This document shows positions 27,301-33,724 of a stretch of 33,724 nucleotides of DNA, piece after piece. The stretch spans positions 1-33,724 of the forward strand of contig SNRW01000057.1 of the NCBI GenBank assembly GCA_008636045.1, given 5' to 3'. The DNA comes from Streblomastix strix (taxonomy: Eukaryota). The position numbers and the translations under genes are program-made. Under the pieces are notes generated by a model that ran no database searches, was not told the origin of the DNA, and saw nothing but the letters and a program-made list of their open reading frames with translations. Within the stretch, counting starts at the first letter, position 1. The number at the start of each line of letters is the position of its first letter.

Positions 27301-28722
27301 CTTTAATTGCATCTAATCCATTCTATATAAATGGATGATTATATGCTTATTCTGAACTCAATCTCTCATTTGGATTCACTGCAAGTAATCCTCTGATTAA
27401 ATCTGAACATTCATCACTAACACCAGGAATTGATTAGATTGGCTCTTTAAATGACCTACATTGTGTATAATTGAGAAAAATGACTTAAGGAAATAATAAT
27501 AAAGCAAACTCTAAATATTCTGCAATTGATTTGTTAGTTCCAAATGGATGACTTCCTAATATATATATAATAAATTAAAAGACACAAATAGTTCAATGTA
27601 AGTTTAATAAGATGATGTTTATAATGTATTAAAGATCGCATTTCTTTTACATACCTGTCAGAAGCCTATATAATATTATTCCTATTGCCCATATGTCTAC
27701 TTTGTGGTCATACTCCAAATTGCCTGCTGCAACTTCTGGCGCCTTAGAAAATAAATTGTAATGAAAATAAAAGTTAAATAAAAAATATATGCATACAATA
27801 TATTCAGGAGTTCTACATCATGTGAAAAGTAAATTATGAGTAAGAAACATATGATAATGATAATTTACAAAATAAATTGTTTAAAACCCAGTTTAAGTCC
27901 TTGCAAGATCATCAGGAGGGCATTTCCTAGAGATTGTTAGATCTACTATCTTTATATCAACACTTTAATTGCGGTTATTCTTATTCTCACAATGCAATAA
28001 AAGATGGTGAGGAGTGAGATCTCGATTTACAACATCAAGTTTGTGAATCTGACGAGTTCCATTAACTGAATATATATAGATCATTTAATTTTCTTTCAAT
28101 GTTAAATGAAAATCAATTCCAAACGTATTTAGCCAATAATCTCTGAAACAATTTCTTCTGGAAGTGGAGCATCTTTTGCTTTATTCACAAATGTTTCTAA
28201 TGAATTTTGCAGATTGGCGTATTGCAGGAGAATAATACGATGTGTTCTTGTAGTCTGAATACCAATAAAATTAATGACATTTTTGTTGTTTAGATTAGCC
28301 CTAAGTAAAAAATTAATAAAATCTATCTAAAATATTAAGATATATATATACAAACTCTGTGATCATTGTAGCTACAACAAATTCATTTTCTATAAATTCT
28401 TCATTATTCATTACTTTGGCTGCTGAAATGTTAACTTCAGAACCAGGATCAACTAAATACACCCTGAACATCATATAATAGCATAATTAAGAATGATATA
28501 AATTATGATAAACTCAAACCTTGCATTCCGACCACGTCCTATATCAGTTAGTAAATAAAGTCATTAAAAAGAATAAAAATAAAAATTTGAAAAAATCATA
28601 CCAAGAAGCTTATAGATCTAAAACGGAAATAAAGCAAGAAATAATGAAAATAAAACAAAAAAGTGTTTAAGTACTTTACAATGTAGCTCCGAAAGACTTT
28701 GTTCATCTGTGAGTGGTTCCAT
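21337..28722 (-). CDS. Very large protein with N-terminal Ser/Thr kinase-like domain (atypical/possible pseudokinase), long low-complexity linker and C-terminal ARM-like region; multi-exon
   Basis: Spliced translation gives IYKLLGRGRNARVYLV, SAAKVM..ENE, VVNRDLTPHHLLL, IKIVDLTISR, TGTPEYIAPE, YDHKVDIWAIGIILYRLLTGSHPF and DLIRGLLAVNPNERLSSEQAYNHPF (kinase ~27330-28722). The frame continues through a Q/S/E/K/R-rich exon into ARM-like segments (NAIKGGIVDQLVKL, LQDKGVLTTLL). The 3' end is approximate because the frame is ambiguous near 21350-21560. Confidence 0.75.
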
Positions 28723-29940
28723 TTAAATTTGAATAACTTTTATAAATCAAAATAATGATTATGAAATATAAATTGACAAATATAAATGAATAAAAAACAA
28801 AAATATTTTTTTCAAAAAGAAGTAAATTTAGAGTTTAAAATAGTACAAATAGTAATATTCATATTAAATCAATGTGATATATACATTTTTTTAAATTATA
28901 AACCAAAATATTATAATGAAAATAATGCTGTGTGGCTGGAAAACTTGGATTTATAAAAAACATATAGATTACACATCAAGTAAAGCCTCTTTATATTAGC
29001 AATTGGGCAAATGATATAATAAATTGTAATGTAGACCAGATCCATTGGATAAGGATGAGCAAAAACGAAAAATTTGAAAGATCGCGGATCGCTTCTATGG
29101 AGCTTTAAAAAAACAAATAATGCATACAAGGGGGCTACCCTCTCTCCGTTGTGGATTTTTTGCTTTAAATAATTCATATGAAACATATATTAAGAATCAA
29201 ATCTGAATGCGAGATATGCAGGAGAAAGAGTATAAAGATATTTAGTTGCTGAATAATATGGTTGTTTTGCACATGTGAAAGCATTTTGAGAGAAAAATTT
29301 CAATTCATATAGATATTTTGTATGAAATTGGATATAGAAATGACCTCAGACACCAGCGGATGGAAATTAAAGAAAATTTGAAGAACAAAAATAGTTTAAG
29401 AATTACCTGTATGTAACAAACTCGCATCATCAGATTACGAGAGAAACAGAAGACACGGGAGAAGCAACAGCGTCATGAGTTATCCAACATAAGACGATCC
29501 GTTATTGAGAAGGACATGGTCAGCATCAGATAGACCTTTTGACTCATAACTGTAATGGCATCACATCAAACACTATCGGCACGTACGTGTATAATAATTA
29601 ATTTTCTTGCAAATAAATTTCAAATTTTGCAGTTATGTTTATTTTTATTGCACATTTGAATCTTTTCAAAAAACATAAATACAGTAAATGTGAGAATTAT
29701 AAAATTAATAAGTGAAAAAATAGAATTCTTTAATTATTTAGAACACTTTCTCATCTTTAATTATATATTATCTGTAGTCTTACTTTGACAATTGAGGAGC
29801 GTATAATTATATCCAACAACTTCGCCTTTTTTGATTGATTACCTTCGACTATTTGAAGTAATTTCTCTTGCAAATCTCCAAGCAATAGACACAATTGGTT
29901 AACCATTTTAAAAAACTAGCAAAAATTTGAAAAATTGTAT

Positions 29941-30120
29941 GCCGAAAAATACAAAAGCACATGGAACGTGAGAGTACTATTTGATTATTGAAGAAAAAAA
30001 TGATCGAACTAAAATTTAGTGAACATTAAACTATGGACTAAACTCACTTTATTCCTTATGACTATCTATTCAGTTAGACCAGCTGAAATCGAACGAATAT
30101 CTTTAAGATATTATTCAATT
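29941..30120 (+). pseudogene. Tyrosine recombinase fragment (DIRS/Ngaro-type retroelement YR-like)
   Basis: Translates as AEKYKSTWNVRVLFDY*RKK*SNQNLVNIKLWTKLTLFLMTIYSVRPAEIERISL. It has the KY..TWDV..L motif plus K...LL...R..E (first catalytic Arg at 30076) typical of DIRS-type YRs. There are two in-frame TGA stops, and it is truncated before the H-x-x-R/Y residues. Confidence 0.65.
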
Positions 30121-30139
30121 TAATTAAAAATAATTTTAT

Positions 30140-31406
30140 AATAACAACAGATTTGTCAGTTTATGATTCACTAAATATACAGTAATAAATCATATATCAA
30201 AATATTTTGCAACAAACTGGAATAATAAATGATATTGAATAACGCAGAGAAGGTAATTATCGGGAAAAATCTATTGCATAATGGTATGAAAATTATGTAT
30301 AAAAAGCTAGAAAATTTAATATTCCAAAATATAAGGATATTAGTCGCTCAAAATTGACAAAATAAAAAGATGGTGACGAATATTAAATAAATCAAGCAAT
30401 TGAATATGAAAGTAAATAAGAAAAACAGACTGATATATTTGTTAAATTTGCTTGGAAAAATAAAGTGATGGCATTCGCTAAAATCAACAATGTAGAGCCA
30501 TAGGAAATACAACAAAGAGTCCATGATTATTATATGAAACAATTGATTCAATTTCCTCGATCATATTTCAATAATTGGATCGGTTCTTGGGAGATTCATC
30601 TTGTATATGAACGAAGTAGTAAAAATATAGAAATGAGTTTATTATTTGCAATTAATGTTAATACTAAATATTTGATTGAGTTACCAATTATTAATAATTC
30701 TGCATCATAAGTAATAGATGCTATAAAAAAGCTTATAAATTAATAATATGAAACTAATGTAGCAGGAAGCGGTGAAAGATCTCTCAAAAATAAAGAAATA
30801 TAATAGTTCTTAGAAGGATAAGGAATTAAGTGATTTTTCACTGGTTCATAGTTCACATAACACAATAGAATATTTGATTCAGTTGTGAAAATAATTCATA
30901 AAAGAGTTAACACAAGTAATAATAATTTTGCAGATCCTGTAAAATTACAATAATTAGTCCATATCTATAATAAAACGCTGCGTTTAGCTCATGAAAATAA
31001 AATTTCACAAGAATAAGTTTAATATAGTTCTAATATTGAGGTAGCATTCATTAAATTAAGAAATAAGAATAAAATGATATAAATCAAAAATAAAAATGCA
31101 GAAATGTTGTTTAATTTTAAAATTGGTAATATATCAATGATTCATATAGATTTATCAAATATTGCCATCGTTTATATGAAACGCAGAAGATAGTTCAATG
31201 AGCTTGCAACATTCATAGAATATAAGAATGGAAATATAATATGTAAACTATTACAAAAATTCATTTCACAACATTAAAAATAATCAGTAATTGAAATGCC
31301 AATATATTACTGTAAGAAAATTAATTAAAATAGAGAATCGTTAAAATAAGTCTTAATATAGGAGTTTGATACATTCGGTGACATCAAAGTTGCAATAAAA
31401 CTTTGA
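30140..31406 (+). pseudogene. Retroviral-type (rve, DDE) integrase of Polinton/Maverick type, inactivated
   Basis: Translates as ...RSYFNNWIGSWEIHLV...LFAINVNTKYLIELPI...VIDAIKKLI...NVAGSGERSL...IQQFLEGQGIK*FFTGSQFTQHNRIFDSVVKII...LQQLVHIYNKT.... The catalytic Asp positions read His (30597) and Ser (30768). There is an in-frame TGA at 30831 and a terminal TGA at 31404-31406. No intact start was seen. Confidence 0.8.
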
Positions 31407-31420
31407 AAAATAATAAATAT

Positions 31421-33345
31421 TCATTTATACATATAGCTAGAAGCATCAAATCCAAAAATTTGAGGTGCGCATGGATATGATTATCCTTTGGAAATATCAC
31501 TATCAATTACTACTATTTTATCAACAACCCTAATTAATGCCGATTTACTTTTTTTTATCATTGACATCACTCAATTTTTCAATTAATTTTATGTAATAAG
31601 AACTGATACATTTGAATTATTTTCAATACAATTAAAATAATCATATCTTGTCAAATCACTATTCTTTTTACTCAAACCTTTCATTCATATTACATCATCA
31701 ACAATAACATTATCTTTTTTATTACCGATAGCAGAATAGCATTTAGGAGCTAGACAAATAATACCTTCTCTCTCTGATTTGAAAGTATAACCAAGTAGTT
31801 TTTTTCTTGAGCAATTATACAACATTCCCAAAGCAACCACTTTTTGTAACGATCATCCAAGAACTATTGATCTTTAACTGCATATTTGAATTATTGCGTA
31901 TAACTTTCAATGGTTGATCAACAAATAGCTAGATACAAAGAGTCTGTATACATACAACAGAATTGAATTCTATATATATCAATTCTCTTGTATAAGATGA
32001 AGTAAATGACGCATAAATGCCAGAGCTTTGAATAGTTATAAGTGAAGATACTTTCTAATAAGCATTTATAAATAGAGAATGAATCGGGATTAATTGACAC
32101 AAGATAACTGTCATCACAAATCGTTCGTATGTTAGTGAAACGTTTATTCAATTTTTTTTAAATAATTTAATGAATATTAGAGATACCAATTTTATCAACT
32201 TTTTCATTGTTTTCGGCATCTGTTCCGTATGAATTATTAACTATTTTTTTGAAATAATGTTATTTGATTTAGTTACCTTCTCTCATTGCTTACTAACGTT
32301 TCTCAGCCATTATTTCTACAAATGATTTAAAAATAGTATGTTTGCAGAATAATACTATCCATTCTACATCATCAATTTTAAAATTAGAATAATCAATTAA
32401 TTACCAAAGATAGTAATTGGAGAACGAAATAAATTCTTCATGAGTTGATAAAAATGAAGTTAATTAAGTAATTTATTTGTTTTCAGCTATTACTTATTTT
32501 TTCATCTTTTCATAAGTGAATTTTCCAATTGTTTTTTATCTGTTTTATATATTCACTTTCTCCAAATATGAGGAAAGTTAATGTATTCGTTAATGTGATT
32601 CTTATCAATGTGCTATTAACTGAAGCAATGAATAATTGTCCTTTTTTCTTCAGAGAATCGAACATCTGAGTTAAATATTTTCATAATCACAATTCGACTG
32701 ATGTCTCGATAATTCTAGTCGTTAGCTTCTCGTATTTTAATTTGTTTCGTAACTCTATCAAGTGTATATATCTCATCTCCCATATAAGGATTATTTTTAT
32801 TATAAATTCCACAGAAGGCATTTGGATATAATAAGTTGAAATCAAGATCGGAAATATGTGTTATGATGTAATCTAAATTGTAAACTGTCACTTTGTTTTC
32901 TTCCTGATTATATTTTAATTTATTTATGTGAATTAGTCTTTTTATATTTTATAGATGGAATACTTAGCATTAACCACCAAGGATAGATTTTCATAAAAAC
33001 CAATAAATTTCTTCATTATCAACGGTCCTATGCAGATTCCTAATATGTACATACTTGTACATCTATATCAATAATTTTGCAATTTCAGCATCTTTGTTTT
33101 ATCATTTAGAGTTATATAGCTAGCAAGCTAGTTTGCAGTTCTCTTCTGTATGAGCAATGTTGTTATCAATTCGTTCAAGAGTTGGCTTATTTATACTTGT
33201 GAACTTAGCATAACAGTAGCAGCATTTATTTGGGATCATCTGGTTGAAGTAATCTATATCATTAGTGGTCAGACAATTAGTTGTATCTCTTCTTGCTTTG
33301 ATATCCTGTTGCAAATATGATTCAACTTTCTTATTCCATTTTTCT
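31421..33345 (-). pseudogene. Family B DNA polymerase (Polinton protein-primed type), 5'-truncated and disrupted, with HNH/EndoVII-like Zn segment
   Basis: Motif A ITHISDLDFNLLYPNAF (~32815-32862), motif B FKKIVNNSYG (~32225-32254), motif C remnant CMYTDSL (~31935-31955), then CLAPKCY and MKGLSK. Upstream lies CCYC...PTLERIDNNIAHTEENCKLAC. Several in-frame TGAs are present. Terminal TGA at 31421-31423. Confidence 0.85.
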
Positions 33346-33724
33346 GAAAAAAAATTACATATATTTTTAGTTATAAATAATTTTTCAAAATATACCTATT
33401 GTGTGCTTGTTTCTATAAATTTTTTTTTAAATTTTAAATTTTTATTATTTATATGTTTTTTGATTAGTTCTTAATGTCTCAATATTAAAATGATTGTTAC
33501 ACTGTTTTGTTATGAAAATATTTTAAAATTCATAAGTAAATTTTGGTTAAATTGGGGAAATTCATTAATTTTGAATAGATATAAAAATTTATATTTTATT
33601 AAAAACAATAAAATATTAATTAATTTTTTAATTTTTATTAATTTATAATATAAATATATTATACATTATTTTAATTATAATAAAAATATTCTTGAATATT
33701 TAATTTCAATTGAGAATGAAATTA

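Larger units (their letters stand above)
30140..33345. mobile_element. Degraded Polinton/Maverick-like element remnant (integrase + family B polymerase module)
   Basis: An intronless rve integrase (+) and a PolB (-) lie tail-to-tail with 14 bp between their TGA stops. No TIR, capsid, ATPase or protease gene was recognised within the window. Confidence 0.8.

Noticed and set aside
29339..29365. MTSDTSGWK resembling the DIRS RNase H motif TDAS..GWG
   Set aside because: The match is short and none of the downstream RNase H motifs could be found.
29989..33110. In-frame TGA codons as selenocysteine or Trp readthrough
   Set aside because: They fall at positions expected to be Trp, Gly or Arg inconsistently, and co-occur with catalytic-residue loss. 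Decay explains them better.
1..33724. tRNA, rRNA, CRISPR arrays, telomeric repeats, Polinton terminal inverted repeats
   Set aside because: None was recognised by eye on either strand. A covariance-model search would be needed to exclude divergent RNAs.

Overview
This is a very AT-rich, intron-dense eukaryotic window read with a non-standard genetic code (TAA/TAG = Gln, TGA the only stop). The supplied standard-code ORF track therefore misses nearly all real genes. The code, the many short GT-AG introns and the TE remnants best fit an oxymonad such as Streblomastix (inference; a ciliate is not excluded). Seven spliced host genes were reconstructed by hand: a PCID2/Thp1/Csn12-like PCI protein (partial, -), a TFIIIC WD40 subunit (GTF3C2/Tfc6-like, +), a divergent importin-alpha (-), a standalone pseudouridine-5'-phosphate glycosidase psuG (-), a large Pmp-like beta-helix type I membrane protein with a cytoplasmic cysteine string (+), CCDC22 (-), and a very large atypical kinase/pseudokinase with a C-terminal ARM-like region (-). 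The last ~4 kb is a decayed mobile-element cluster. It holds a DIRS-type tyrosine recombinase fragment abutting a Polinton/Maverick-like module (rve integrase convergent with a family B DNA polymerase carrying an HNH-like Zn segment), apparently written in the host's TAR=Gln code. A ~340-bp non-coding repeat occurs twice in inverted orientation, each copy inside a divergent intergenic region. Gene spans include introns, and some ends are approximate.
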